From Octopus sinensis (taxonomy: Eukaryota), in assembly GCF_006345805.1 (NCBI RefSeq), contig NW_021828124.1, positions 1 to 8,997 on the forward strand: a stretch of 8,997 nt of DNA, in the 5' to 3' direction. This document shows positions 8,891 to 8,997 of the stretch, piece after piece; the stretch's first letter is position 1, and the number at the start of each line of letters is the position of its first letter. The notes beneath the pieces were generated by a model, which was not told the origin of the DNA, did no database searches, and saw only the letters and a program-made list of their open reading frames with translations. Position numbers and translations under genes: made by a program.

Positions 8891-8997
8891 ACAGAGAAAG
8901 GAAAAGAAAGACAGAGACAGAAGTGGAAAACAGGGGAGGGGGAGATCGGGTGCAAAAACTAAGGAAGTTTCCAGTCATTAGTTTGCAGGAAAAAAAA

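Overview
AT-rich eukaryotic non-coding DNA (intronic or intergenic), dominated by microsatellites and small mobile elements. The SINE types look like those I recall from octopus/coleoid cephalopod genomes (inference, not checked). No protein-coding gene is supported; almost all supplied ORFs are translations of simple repeats or SINEs. Contents: six tRNA-derived SINE copies or fragments of three types, three with visible target-site duplications (TSDs); two complete ~390-bp non-autonomous Helitron-like elements plus a probable third; a 35-bp minisatellite; and many compound microsatellites. The most unusual signal is at 7972-8608: two unrelated fold-back palindromes, each carrying a degenerate minimal type I hammerhead-ribozyme layout (CUGANGA-like core, stem II, GAAA-like, 3-bp stem III with a 1-nt loop, UA site) of the kind known from Penelope-like retroelement termini, both beside (TA)n tracts.
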